A DNA stretch of 15,045 nt from an uncultured Deinococcales bacterium (GTDB taxonomy: Bacteria > Deinococcota > Deinococci > Deinococcales > JAAFIG01): contig CAXTKV010000134.1 of the NCBI GenBank assembly GCA_964244895.1, positions 1-15,045 on the forward strand, read 5' to 3'. Below, piece after piece: positions 1 through 7,946 of the stretch; the first letter of the stretch is position 1, and every line of letters starts with the position of its first letter. Under the pieces are notes generated by a model. The model did not search any database. It saw only the letters and a program-made list of their open reading frames with translations, and had not been told where the DNA came from. A program made the position numbers and the translations under genes.

Positions 1-12
1 GAGAACCCAGTC

Positions 13-46
13 AAAAGAGAACAACGACGCTTGCGCGTCGCTGCTC
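13..46 (-). terminator. Intrinsic terminator on minus strand with no upstream coding gene
   Basis: Minus strand reads GAGCAGCGACGC-GCAA-GCGTCGTTGTTC-TCTTTT: 12-bp stem with two G-U pairs (these would be A-C mismatches on +), GNRA tetraloop, U-rich tail. Confidence 0.75.
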
Positions 47-145
47 CCTGGGAGGGATGTTCTTGCCGTCTCACAGCTTAAAGCTGCGGCAGACATTTGC
101 TGTGAGCGGCCTCACATGCCGTCTTTCACGCCCCTCAGGAACAGG
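13..145 (-). ncRNA. Putative small RNA divergent from the lipoprotein gene (5' end uncertain)
   Basis: Orphan terminator 13-46, hairpin 66-78/99-110 (GCCG[T]CTCACAGC/GCTGTGAGCGGC), CU-rich linker CAUCCCUCCCAGG, weak promoter candidate TTGAGC(179-174)-17-TATGCC(156-151). No family recognised. Confidence 0.4.
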
Positions 146-395
146 TGAGTGGCATACCCGACGACGAAATACCGCTCAAGCAGCCCTCACCTCGAAGCTG
201 GGCGAGCACCGTTGCCATTCTCGAGACAGCGTCCCACACGATGCGCTTCGATACAGCACGCCGAGCACCGGAAACCGAAGTTCGAGTTTTTCACAGCACC
301 CAAGCCCATATGCACGAATGATGAACCCTGTAGTCGTATTTCGTTCGAGCCCTGGACACGGGGGCGTCGAGACTCGAACGAAAAGGAGGATCTTC

Positions 396-1670
396 ATGCG
401 CGTACTCTTGAGCATCGGCCTGAGCGCCATCTGTTTTTCACTGGCCGCGTGCAACGCGGGCGGCGGAACCACCTTCAAACACGAACTCCCACCCGCCGGG
501 GCATCCTTGAGCCGCGCCTACAAGGAAGTCATGGACAAGCACTACACCAACTTCCCGCCGAAAGCTGGGGAATGCTCCAGAGAAGTCCACGCGCAGTACT
601 GGACGTATGGGCCGGACGGCAAGGTCTACCCGACCTGGCACCCACCAGTTGACCCGGAGACGGGCTGCGCTTTCGGCCACGAACACGGCAAAGACCCGAG
701 CGGTTCAAACCTGGTCAGCATCGGTTTGCCGTTCGGTTACACCAACGAAAAGCTGTTCGAGGCCGATCCCGCCAACTTCCGCGATGAAGATCACGTCGGG
801 CACAAGGTCGAATGGGAGAACAGCGTCGTGGTCGAAAACCGCGTCGGTTCGTTCGGCGGCAAACCTTACGCCAACTGCGATTTCTTGATCAAACTCCACC
901 AGGGCACGCACTCGCCGGATGCGTTGACCAACAACTTGCACGAACTCTTCTACTACGCGCGTTGCAGCGACGGAACCGCCGTTCAATTCCGCACCCTGAA
1001 CGCCTTCGGTGAGGCCGGTCACGTGCACCGAAACTGCTCGAACGACAACGTTGTTTCCGGCACGCCCGTCCCGGCCAACTCGCCGAACGGTGGCGGCAAC
1101 CGCGACATCCCGGACGCTTCTTGCGTTGACAGCATTCTGGTCGCGCCCGGTCAGAACAGCGACTTCGGTCGTTTGAACGAGAACTGGCCGATGGGCGTGG
1201 GCGCTTGGGCCGAGAACGGCAACCTGAGTTTCAACGTCAGCCCGTACTTCCAGGTCAGAAACCCGAGCCGCTTCACAGATTTGAGCGCCGCCAACAAGAT
1301 CGGTCGTCCAATTGATTTGTGTTACGTCAGCGATCCGAACAAACAGGCTCGAGGCGAAACCTGCGACAAGGTGCGCGCTGCCGCGCCCGCCGCAACCCCG
1401 ATGGCCTACGACGATCCGCGCTCACCGTTCAACGGAACGAACCGCACGGTGGACATCAATAACTTGAGCGTCAACAACGCGACGGGCAACACCAAGTGGT
1501 TCACGGACGCGTTCGGCAAGAACATCCAGCGCACAGCCGATGCTGGCAAGGGAATCGTGGTCGAGCAGTTCGTCTCGAAGGGCGGTACGACGGACGTGGA
1601 TTTGCGTCCGCTGAAGGACAACAACATCGGCAGCAACCACAACCACCCGACGGTTCACGCACCGAACTAA
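396..1670 (+). CDS. Uncharacterised lipoprotein, His/Cys-rich (424 aa)
   Basis: True start taken as ATG 396 after AAAAGGAGGA RBS (not 57). MRVLLSIGLSAICFSLAAC has a lipobox LAAC. Motifs YPTWHPP, GHEHG, EDHVGHK, HQGTH. Confidence 0.8.
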   Translation: MRVLLSIGLSAICFSLAACNAGGGTTFKHELPPAGASLSRAYKEVMDKHYTNFPPKAGECSREVHAQYWTYGPDGKVYPTWHPPVDPETGCAFGHEHGKDPSGSNLVSIGLPFGYTNEKLFEADPANFRDEDHVGHKVEWENSVVVENRVGSFGGKPYANCDFLIKLHQGTHSPDALTNNLHELFYYARCSDGTAVQFRTLNAFGEAGHVHRNCSNDNVVSGTPVPANSPNGGGNRDIPDASCVDSILVAPGQNSDFGRLNENWPMGVGAWAENGNLSFNVSPYFQVRNPSRFTDLSAANKIGRPIDLCYVSDPNKQARGETCDKVRAAAPAATPMAYDDPRSPFNGTNRTVDINNLSVNNATGNTKWFTDAFGKNIQRTADAGKGIVVEQFVSKGGTTDVDLRPLKDNNIGSNHNHPTVHAPN

Positions 1671-1822
1671 GATCGTTCACGCACCGAACTAAGATCGTTC
1701 ACGCACCGAACTAAGATCGTTGACGCACCGAACTAAGATCGTTGACGCACCGAACTAAGATCGTTGACGCACCGAATTAAGATCGTTCACGCACCGCAGC
1801 ACGATCGTTGACGCACCGAATT
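1653..1822 (+). repeat. 22-bp tandem repeat, about 7.7 copies, unit GTT(C/G)ACGCACCGAACTAAGATC
   Basis: Units start at 1653, 1675, 1697, 1719, 1741, 1763, 1785 (degenerate) and 1807 (partial). No spacers. First copy contains the last 5 codons and stop of the lipoprotein gene. Confidence 0.95.
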
Positions 1823-1840
1823 CGACGTTTCCCTCAGATC

Positions 1841-1877
1841 AACCGCGCCCGTTTCCTCCGACGGGCGCGGTTCTTTT
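1841..1877 (+). terminator. Intrinsic terminator of lipoprotein gene
   Basis: AACCGCGCCCGT (1841-1852) / ACGGGCGCGGTT (1861-1872) perfect 12-bp stem followed by CTTTT. Confidence 0.8.
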
Positions 1878-1952
1878 GGAGCTCGATCGGCAAAGAACAC
1901 CATCCCCGACGGCATTCTCGAGATCGCGTCCCTGAGGGTATTCTGGGGTCAC

Positions 1953-2657
1953 GTGAGACAAAACCAGCCAGAACCGTTGGCCACGTTCGCATCCCTCGAG
2001 GACTTGAACTCTGCGCTCGAACACTGCGCGCGCTGCCCACGCCTGGTCGCGTGGCGAGAGAAGGTCGGGCAGGAAAAACGCGCCGCGTACCGCGATCAAA
2101 CCTACTGGGCGCGTCCCGTGCCGGGGTTCGGGGATGTGAACGCGCGCATTCTGATTGTGGGCCTCGCACCCGGAGCGCACGGCAGCAACCGCACGGGACG
2201 GATGTTCACGGGTGACGCGAGCGGGCTGTTCCTGTTCCCGGCGCTGTTCCGGGCTGGGCTGGCATCCCAGGCAGATTCGCAATCGCGCGACGACGGGCTC
2301 ACATTAACGGGCGCGTACATCACGGCGGCTGGGCGGTGCGCACCGCCCGACAACAAGCCCGCGCCGGATGAATTGCGCAACTGCAAACCGTGGCTGGAAT
2401 CCGAGTTGCTTTTTCTGAGGAACGTGCGCGTCATTCTGGCCTTGGGGCGGATCGCGCACGACACCTGGCTGGAGCATTTAAATCTGCGAAAGTCGAAGCA
2501 TCCGTTTGGGCACGGCGTTGAGTACGCGTTAACGGGCGGACAAATTTTGCTCGATTCGTATCACGTCTCGCGGCAGAACACGCAGACGGGCTTGCTGACG
2601 CCCGAAATGTTCGACGCGATCCTGATGCGAGCGAAGCTGCTCAGCGCGATCGCGTAA
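1953..2657 (+). CDS. udgB: Uracil-DNA glycosylase, family 5 (UdgB-like, Fe-S)
   Basis: CxxCPRL Fe-S motif, YWARPVPGFGD, GLAPGAHGSNRTGRMFTGD (motif A), RCAPPDNKP, SYHVSRQNT (motif B). Confidence 0.9.
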   Translation: MRQNQPEPLATFASLEDLNSALEHCARCPRLVAWREKVGQEKRAAYRDQTYWARPVPGFGDVNARILIVGLAPGAHGSNRTGRMFTGDASGLFLFPALFRAGLASQADSQSRDDGLTLTGAYITAAGRCAPPDNKPAPDELRNCKPWLESELLFLRNVRVILALGRIAHDTWLEHLNLRKSKHPFGHGVEYALTGGQILLDSYHVSRQNTQTGLLTPEMFDAILMRAKLLSAIA

Positions 2658-2668
2658 AGATCAGGACC

Positions 2669-2708
2669 AAAAAATTGGGAGCAGAAGACGAGCCTCTGCT
2701 CCCAATTT
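2669..2708. terminator. Terminator between convergent udgB and small peptide gene, best U-tract on minus strand
   Basis: AAATTGGGAGCAGA (2672-2685) / TCTGCTCCCAATTT (2695-2708) perfect 14-bp inverted repeat. A6 run at 2669-2674 gives a U-tail on the minus strand. Confidence 0.85.
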
Positions 2709-2722
2709 GAACAGCGCGCGGA

Positions 2723-2854
2723 TTAGCGTTTGACGGTCGGCGCGCCGCTTTGTCCGTTCGGGGCTTTTCCTGCCCACGCGGACCATCCAGCCGAAGCCAT
2801 GCCCGCGCCCATGATCGCAACACTCAGCAGCACCATCACGAATTTCTTTTTCAT
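2723..2854 (-). CDS. Small secreted peptide precursor, 43 aa (MKKKFVMVLLSVAIMGAGMASA-GWSAWAGKAPNGQSGAPTVKR)
   Basis: Hand-translated, absent from ORF track. GGGAGGGG RBS 4 nt before ATG, basic n-region, hydrophobic h-region, A-S-A signal peptidase I motif, TAA stop, terminator 15 nt downstream. Confidence 0.8.
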   Translation of the reverse strand: MKKKFVMVLLSVAIMGAGMASAGWSAWAGKAPNGQSGAPTVKR

Positions 2855-3183
2855 ATGTCCCCTCCCAGGGATGTTGTCTAGGACGACTTCGTCCTGCCTG
2901 AAATCAAGATAGGCCCACGCCGTCCGAATGTTGGGGGACCTCCGTCCCAGGACTTCAAGTGTTTTACGCGCTTCAGTTCAAAGATTTACACGTTACAGTC
3001 AGGTTTTTTGGCTTCTGGGAAGTTCGAGAGTTTTCTCGAGAAAGCAGCCAAACAGAAGTTATTTTCTGGCTCCGTTTTAGGTGAAAATAGTCGTTTTTAA
3101 GGCAATACTTCTGATTTTGTAGTACCCCATGACGTGGTATCATCAACGATCGAGGCCGATGCGAAAAACCAGCATCTCGAGGG

Positions 3184-3242
3184 ACATCATGCTGGACAGT
3201 GTTCTTTGAGGTATCGGTATTTGCGTCCCTGACGGTGTTCTC
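3184..3242. repeat. Degenerate pair of the REP-like palindrome
   Basis: CTGGACAGTGTTC (3192-3204) and CTGACGGTGTTC (3229-3240) match the right arm GGACGGTGTTC of copies at 7605 and 14400. Confidence 0.5.
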
Positions 3243-3521
3243 ATGGTTCCGTCGAAGCTCGGTGACAAACCATTCACCGTTTGACCGCTGAAGGATTCAC
3301 GACTCCGATAGACGCGAGGCGAGCCATCCGCGCCATCGCACGTCCGGGCTCGGGGGACCGCATCCCGCTCGGCGGCGCACGCGGGATTGCTGACGCTTGA
3401 ATGTTCGACGCGATCCTGCGAACGAAATCGTCGGTCGGAATCTCGAGAAGGCCGTCTGGAACAGCCTCCTCGAGATTCCATTTTTTGCGTCCTGGACGAA
3501 CTTTCGCTTAAAGCCTCGACT

Positions 3522-4181
3522 TCACCTCGAGAACGCACCCTCGAGCGTCAATGACAAGGCTTTTTTCAGCTCGTCGTGAATGTCACGCGTCAGCCGATAC
3601 GTGCTCCAACGCAGGGCGGTCATGAAATACGTGTCCGACAGGCTGGCCGCCATGCGCTCCAGGCTCATGTCGCTGCGCAAATTCTTGATGCCGCGCAACA
3701 AGCCCTCGATGATCCGCGACAGCGGCAGGGCTTCGTAGGCGGTGCGCGAACGCTGCGGGTCGGGGTTGATCAGTTCGTAGGCGAGCGGCGAGATCAGATC
3801 GCGTTCCTGCGCGGTGATCTCGCCCAGATCGGCCCAGAGCGCCTCGAGCGCCTCGAGCGGTTTCACGCCTTTGGCGGTGCGTTCCTCGGTGCGCTGGCGC
3901 AAACCAGCGATGATCTCGGAACCGTAATCGAGCAGCACGGCTTCCTTGTACGGGTAGTAGTTGAAAAACGTGCCGCGCGAGACGTGCGCGATCTTGGCGA
4001 TGTCGGTGGCGGTGGTCTGCTGGAAGCCACGCTCCTTGAACAACTGAATGGCGACCGTGTAGATGCGGTTGCGGCGGCGCTGCTTCTGACGCTCGCGCAG
4101 GCTGACTGGCGGGTTGGTGGGTTGTGGCGCTGGCGTGCTCGAGACCGCCGCGCGGGGCGTCCCGTTGGTTTCTGCAATCAC
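3522..4181 (-). CDS. fadR: TetR/AcrR-family regulator, Thermus FadR-like (probable acyl-CoA-responsive repressor)
   Basis: TetR HTH (RGFQQTTATDIAKIAHVSRGTFFNYYPYKEAVLLDYGS) and C-terminal YELINPDP..YEALPL..SLERM. From memory this closely resembles T. thermophilus FadR. Family call is firm, orthology less so. Confidence 0.75.
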   Translation of the reverse strand: MIAETNGTPRAAVSSTPAPQPTNPPVSLRERQKQRRRNRIYTVAIQLFKERGFQQTTATDIAKIAHVSRGTFFNYYPYKEAVLLDYGSEIIAGLRQRTEERTAKGVKPLEALEALWADLGEITAQERDLISPLAYELINPDPQRSRTAYEALPLSRIIEGLLRGIKNLRSDMSLERMAASLSDTYFMTALRWSTYRLTRDIHDELKKALSLTLEGAFSR

Positions 4182-4196
4182 CGTGGAATCTTAGCA
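4182..4196 (-). promoter_or_regulatory. Extended -10 promoter, leaderless start of tetR
   Basis: Minus strand TG-C-TAAGAT (hexamer 4193-4188), 6 nt, then GTG start at 4181. No SD sequence. Confidence 0.65.
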
Positions 4197-4275
4197 TTCC
4201 CCCGGTGCGCCCTGGCTTTCGCGGAGCGCCATTGTGATGCTGCACTTTTGCCAAGTTTCGCGTCAGGCACGATTC

Positions 4276-4299
4276 AAAAGCCGCACGGGGCGGCCTTTT
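4276..4299 (-). terminator. Probable terminator after glgA
   Basis: Minus strand GGCCGC-CCCGT-GCGGCT followed by TTT, flanked by A and T tracts, 7 nt after the glgA stop. Confidence 0.55.
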
Positions 4300-4306
4300 C
4301 GGGACG

Positions 4307-5671
4307 TTAGCCCGAGGGACGCAGTCGGGCATAAATGTCCAGATAGGTTCTGGCGCGAGCGTCCCAACTGAAATCGGTGGCCATGCCCGCCAGCGCCCGA
4401 TCCTTCCAGGCTTTGGAACCCCATTCCTGGCGCGCCCGCCCTAAAGCGGTCTGCATCGCGGCGTCCGAGTAGGCCAGGAAGCCGTAACCGTGCGATTCCG
4501 GCACGGTGTCCGCCAGTCCGCCCGTGCGCCGCACGATCGGTACCGTGCCGTAGCGCATCGAGATCATCTGCGACAACCCGCACGGCTCGAAGAACGACGG
4601 CATCAAGAACGCGTCCGCCCCAGCGTAAATGCGGTGCGCGAAGGCTTCATTGAAGCGCGAATCGAAGGCGACCGTACCGGACGCGAAGCGCGCCAGCGCC
4701 TCGAGCGGGCCGCGATAGCGGGCTTCGCCGCTGCCCAGCACGACCAGGTTCCAGTCCTCGACGATCTGCGGCAAGCCCGCCATCAAGAGATCCAGGCCTT
4801 TTTGATCCGCCAATCGCGTGACCATCGCCAGGATCGGTCTGCTCGGCGCGAGGCCGAGTTCCGCGACCAGCGCGGCTCGAGCCGCCGACTTGCCCTTGAA
4901 ATCTTTGTAGCGCTTTTCCAGGTGCGCGTCGGTGGCCGGATTCCAGTAGTTCGTGTCCAGACCGTTCAGCACGCCCACCACGCCGCGTTCGCGCAGCACG
5001 CCGTCCATGCCGAAGCCCATCTCGGGCGTCTGGACTTCCAGGGCGTAGGTCGGCGAGACGGTCGTGATCGCGTCGCAAAAGACCATGCCCGCCTTGGCGG
5101 CGGAGGCGTCGCCGTGAAATTCCAGGCCATTGTGCAGCGCTACAAATTCCGGCAAACCCGTCCAAGAAAGCACGTCCGGGATGTTCCAGCGCCCCTGGTA
5201 TTGCAGGTTGTGGATCGTGTACGCGATGCCCGCGCGGCTCAATCCGCGCGACACGACCCCGGAGCGCAGCATCGGCGCGAGCAAACCCGTCTGCCAGTCG
5301 TTCAGGTGCACTGCGTCCACTTCCAGGTCGAGCAGTTCAATCACGCGCGGCACGGCTGCGCAAAACCGTGCGAAACGCCGCACGTCGTCGTCGTAACCGT
5401 AGTAGTTGGATCGCTCGAAGTCGTCGCTGCCGATGAAAAGCTGTTGCACGCCGTCCAGCTCAAGCCTGCCGACCCGGAAAGTCTCGCCGTTTTCCAGACT
5501 GAGCGTCCCGACGGGTTGCGGCGCACCGGCCAGGCTGGCGTACCACGGGCTGATCACGGTGACGCTCGCGCCCAAGCGCACCAGCACGGGCGGTAAGGCT
5601 CCGGCCACGTCCGCCAGACCACCCGTCTTGGAGAACGGGTGCACCTCGCTGGTGACGAACAACACGCGCAC
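4307..5671 (-). CDS. glgA: Glycogen synthase (GT5)
   Basis: MRVLFVTSEVHPFSKTGGLADV (KTGGL motif), HLNDWQ, TIHNLQYQG, TVSPTYA, RLADQKG, PSFFEPCGLSQMISMRYGTVPIVRRTGGLADTV. Confidence 0.97.
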   Translation of the reverse strand: MRVLFVTSEVHPFSKTGGLADVAGALPPVLVRLGASVTVISPWYASLAGAPQPVGTLSLENGETFRVGRLELDGVQQLFIGSDDFERSNYYGYDDDVRRFARFCAAVPRVIELLDLEVDAVHLNDWQTGLLAPMLRSGVVSRGLSRAGIAYTIHNLQYQGRWNIPDVLSWTGLPEFVALHNGLEFHGDASAAKAGMVFCDAITTVSPTYALEVQTPEMGFGMDGVLRERGVVGVLNGLDTNYWNPATDAHLEKRYKDFKGKSAARAALVAELGLAPSRPILAMVTRLADQKGLDLLMAGLPQIVEDWNLVVLGSGEARYRGPLEALARFASGTVAFDSRFNEAFAHRIYAGADAFLMPSFFEPCGLSQMISMRYGTVPIVRRTGGLADTVPESHGYGFLAYSDAAMQTALGRARQEWGSKAWKDRALAGMATDFSWDARARTYLDIYARLRPSG

Positions 5672-5732
5672 GATGCGTGAGTTTAACCCGGTGGTGCAGC
5701 TCAGAGGTCAAGACTCAGGGATCAGGTAGGGT

Positions 5733-5791
5733 AAAACACCGCCCAGGACAGCGTTTTTTAAGTTTCAAAGATCGCGTTCCGGACGGTGTTC
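5733..5791. repeat. REP-like palindrome copy plus half copy in glgA-rpoD intergenic region
   Basis: AAAACACCGCCC-A-GGACAGCGTTTT (5733-5757) followed by CCGGACGGTGTTC (5779-5791). Confidence 0.65.
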
Positions 5792-5993
5792 AAGAGTCCA
5801 TCGCTTCGGGATGGCTCGAGCCTCGACTGCGCACGGTACCTCGAGAAGCGAGCTCGAGCCTTTCGGCGAATCAGGCCGTACCGGACGATAATTCTTCTGT
5901 CTTGAGGGCGACGCACCCGAGAGCATCGACTCTGATTAACCCCAAGCCGCGCCCAACGCGCGCTGGGCGGGTTCGCGGGGCGATCGAGGGCTC

Positions 5994-6022
5994 TTGACAG
6001 GAAACGTGTTCCGCACTATCCT
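5994..6022 (+). promoter_or_regulatory. Sigma70-type promoter of rpoD
   Basis: Perfect TTGACA (5994-5999), 17-nt spacer, TATCCT (6017-6022). Confidence 0.75.
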
Positions 6023-6031
6023 TCGAGCCGC

Positions 6032-7588
6032 TTGAGCAAACAGAAGCTAGCTCAATCCAAGCAGGTTGTTGGTGGCAAAGCGGCGGCCAAATCCCCTACG
6101 GGAAAGCCGCCCGCTCGTGTTTCTCGTGACCGTATCTCTCATGACGAGGTGGAGATGGCGCAGGCGAAACCCCCGGTGAAACCCGCAGCGAAGCCCCCAG
6201 CCAGCGCGCCCGCAAAACCCGCAGCCAAGGCTGCCAGCAAGTCCGTCGCCGTCCTGGACAAGGCCAAAGCGGGTTCCAAAGCTTCAAAATCCGATCCCAA
6301 AGCTCCGGCCAGCGCGACCTCGAAAGCGGCGGGCGCAGCCAAGCCCGCACCCGGAGCCGTCAAAATCTGGATGTCGCAACCCGCCATCAAGGCGCTGGTG
6401 GCGCGCGGCAAAAAAGAGGGCTCGCTCAACTCCGCAGAGGCGACCGAGGCGCTCGCCAAGGCCCTGACCGAAGCTGGACTGAACCCCGAAGAAGTCGACG
6501 AGTTCGACGATCTGATGCAGTACCTGGCGTCCGAAGGCATCCTGATGGAGGATCTGGCCGAGGACGAGGAACTCGAGCTCGACGATGAACTCGAACCCGG
6601 AGCCAGCACCGAAGAGGAAGAAAGCGAGGAGCGCGAATCGCGCTTCGCGGAGGAATCCGCGCGCTTACCGACCAACGATCCCGTGCGGCAGTACCTGCAC
6701 GAGATCGGTCGCGTGCCACTCTTGACCCTGGAAGAAGAGATCTCGCTGGCGCGCCGCGTCGAGGAAGGCGAGGAAGCCAAGAAACTGCTCGGGCAGATCG
6801 TGGACGATTCCGACGATCGCGGCAAACGCGCCTTTGTCCGCAAGGGACAGGACGGCGACGCCGCCCGCCAGCACCTGATCGAAGCCAACTTGCGCCTGGT
6901 GGTGAGCATCGCCAAGAAGTACACGGGACGCGGATTGTCGTTCCTGGATTTGATCCAGGAGGGCAACCAGGGCCTGATCCGGGCTGTGGAAAAGTTCGAG
7001 TACAAGCGCCGCTACAAGTTTTCCACCTACGCCACCTGGTGGATTCGTCAGGCCATCAACCGCGCGATCGCCGATCAGGCGCGCACGATCCGCATTCCGG
7101 TTCACATGGTCGAAACGATCAACAAGCTGACCCGCACCGCGCGCCAGTTGCAGCAGGAATTGTCCCGCGAACCAACGTTTGAAGAGATCGCCGAAGCGAT
7201 GGGGCCGGGCTGGACGGCGGAAAAAGTCGAGGAAGTCCAGAAGGTTTCTCAGGAACCCGTCTCCCTGGAGACGCCGATCGGCGACGAGAAGGACAGCTTC
7301 TACGGCGATTTCATTCCCGACGACAACCTGGACACGCCCGTGGACAACGCGGCCCGGAATTTGCTCTCCGAAGAACTCGAGAAGGCCCTGGGCAAGCTGA
7401 CGGAGCGCGAGGCGATGGTCTTGAAGTTGAGGAAGGGCTTGATCGACGGGCGCGAGCATACGCTCGAGGAAGTCGGGCAGTACTTCAACGTCACGCGCGA
7501 ACGCATCCGGCAAATTGAGAACAAGGCGCTGCGGAAGCTCAAGTATCACGAGAGCCGCACCCGAAAACTGCGCGATTTCCTCGAGTAG
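6032..7588 (+). CDS. rpoD: Primary RNA polymerase sigma factor (SigA/RpoD)
   Basis: Region 1.2 [11 protein letters not shown], region 2 [16 protein letters not shown]...[13 protein letters not shown], region 3 RTIRIPVHM, region 4 [27 protein letters not shown]. Start is TTG 6032 or ATG 6155. Confidence 0.97.
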   Translation: MSKQKLAQSKQVVGGKAAAKSPTGKPPARVSRDRISHDEVEMAQAKPPVKPAAKPPASAPAKPAAKAASKSVAVLDKAKAGSKASKSDPKAPASATSKAAGAAKPAPGAVKIWMSQPAIKALVARGKKEGSLNSAEATEALAKALTEAGLNPEEVDEFDDLMQYLASEGILMEDLAEDEELELDDELEPGASTEEEESEERESRFAEESARLPTNDPVRQYLHEIGRVPLLTLEEEISLARRVEEGEEAKKLLGQIVDDSDDRGKRAFVRKGQDGDAARQHLIEANLRLVVSIAKKYTGRGLSFLDLIQEGNQGLIRAVEKFEYKRRYKFSTYATWWIRQAINRAIADQARTIRIPVHMVETINKLTRTARQLQQELSREPTFEEIAEAMGPGWTAEKVEEVQKVSQEPVSLETPIGDEKDSFYGDFIPDDNLDTPVDNAARNLLSEELEKALGKLTEREAMVLKLRKGLIDGREHTLEEVGQYFNVTRERIRQIENKALRKLKYHESRTRKLRDFLE

Positions 7589-7604
7589 GAAGATGTGCAT
7601 TCTG

Positions 7605-7637
7605 AAGAAACACCGTCCAGGACGGTGTTTCTTTTTT
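7605..7637 (+). terminator. REP-like perfect palindrome probably acting as rpoD terminator
   Basis: AAGAAACACCGTCC-A-GGACGGTGTTTCTT (7605-7633) running into a T6 tract, 16 nt after the rpoD stop. Half copy at 7643-7655. Confidence 0.75.
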
Positions 7638-7662
7638 ACGTGCTGGACGGTGTTCTCGAGAT

Positions 7663-7794
7663 TCATATCAAATCCGTTTTGATTTGATCTGTATGTTGAT
7701 CAAATCAAAACCGCGCTGTGGCGCGTAGGATGCGAATGAAATCGTCTTTCACTTGCGCAGCTTCGCCGCTTCAGTTCCAGACGATTTCATATCA
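7663..7794. mobile_element. Putative MITE-like / small non-coding repeat element (about 132 bp)
   Basis: Imperfect terminal IRs TCATATCAAATCCGT (7663-7677) and ACGATTTCATATCA (7781-7794). Internal perfect IRs 7676-7689/7698-7711 (14 bp) and 7736-7747/7779-7790 (12 bp). No transposase. Confidence 0.4.
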
Positions 7795-7946
7795 GGCTTT
7801 GAATCTCGAAGGAATGGGAACACTCTCCAGGACACAAGGTTATGAATGCGCGCTGGACACAAATTGAGGAATGCGTTCTGACAGCATCGCAAGCATCATC
7901 ACGGCGGCACGACGATTACGAGTCGAGCCCGAATTCCGCCTCAACG

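Noticed and set aside
57..395. 113-aa N-terminal extension of the lipoprotein ORF
   Set aside because: ATG 57 directly abuts its GGAGGG (no spacing). ATG 396 has a strong RBS and puts the lipoprotein signal at the N-terminus.
1653..1822. CRISPR array
   Set aside because: Units are head-to-tail with no unique spacers, and no cas genes are in the window.
3250..3410. c-di-AMP (ydaO) riboswitch or 6S RNA
   Set aside because: Fragments such as GCTGAA and GGGGGACC are present, but order and the remaining conserved elements do not fit. Needs an Rfam scan.
3143..3538. 131-aa minus ORF downstream of tetR
   Set aside because: No RBS, Ser/Arg-rich non-protein-like composition, runs through repeat elements.
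4240..4254. Autoregulatory FadR operator (CTGCACTTTTGCCAA)
   Set aside because: Only a partial, poorly palindromic match to the consensus as I recall it.
3576..5596. ORFs 3576-4310, 3583-4332 and 4490-5596
   Set aside because: Antisense or off-frame shadows of tetR and glgA.
6139..7666. Minus-strand ORFs of 288 and 333 aa
   Set aside because: Antisense to rpoD. The poly-Ser run mirrors the acidic codons of rpoD.
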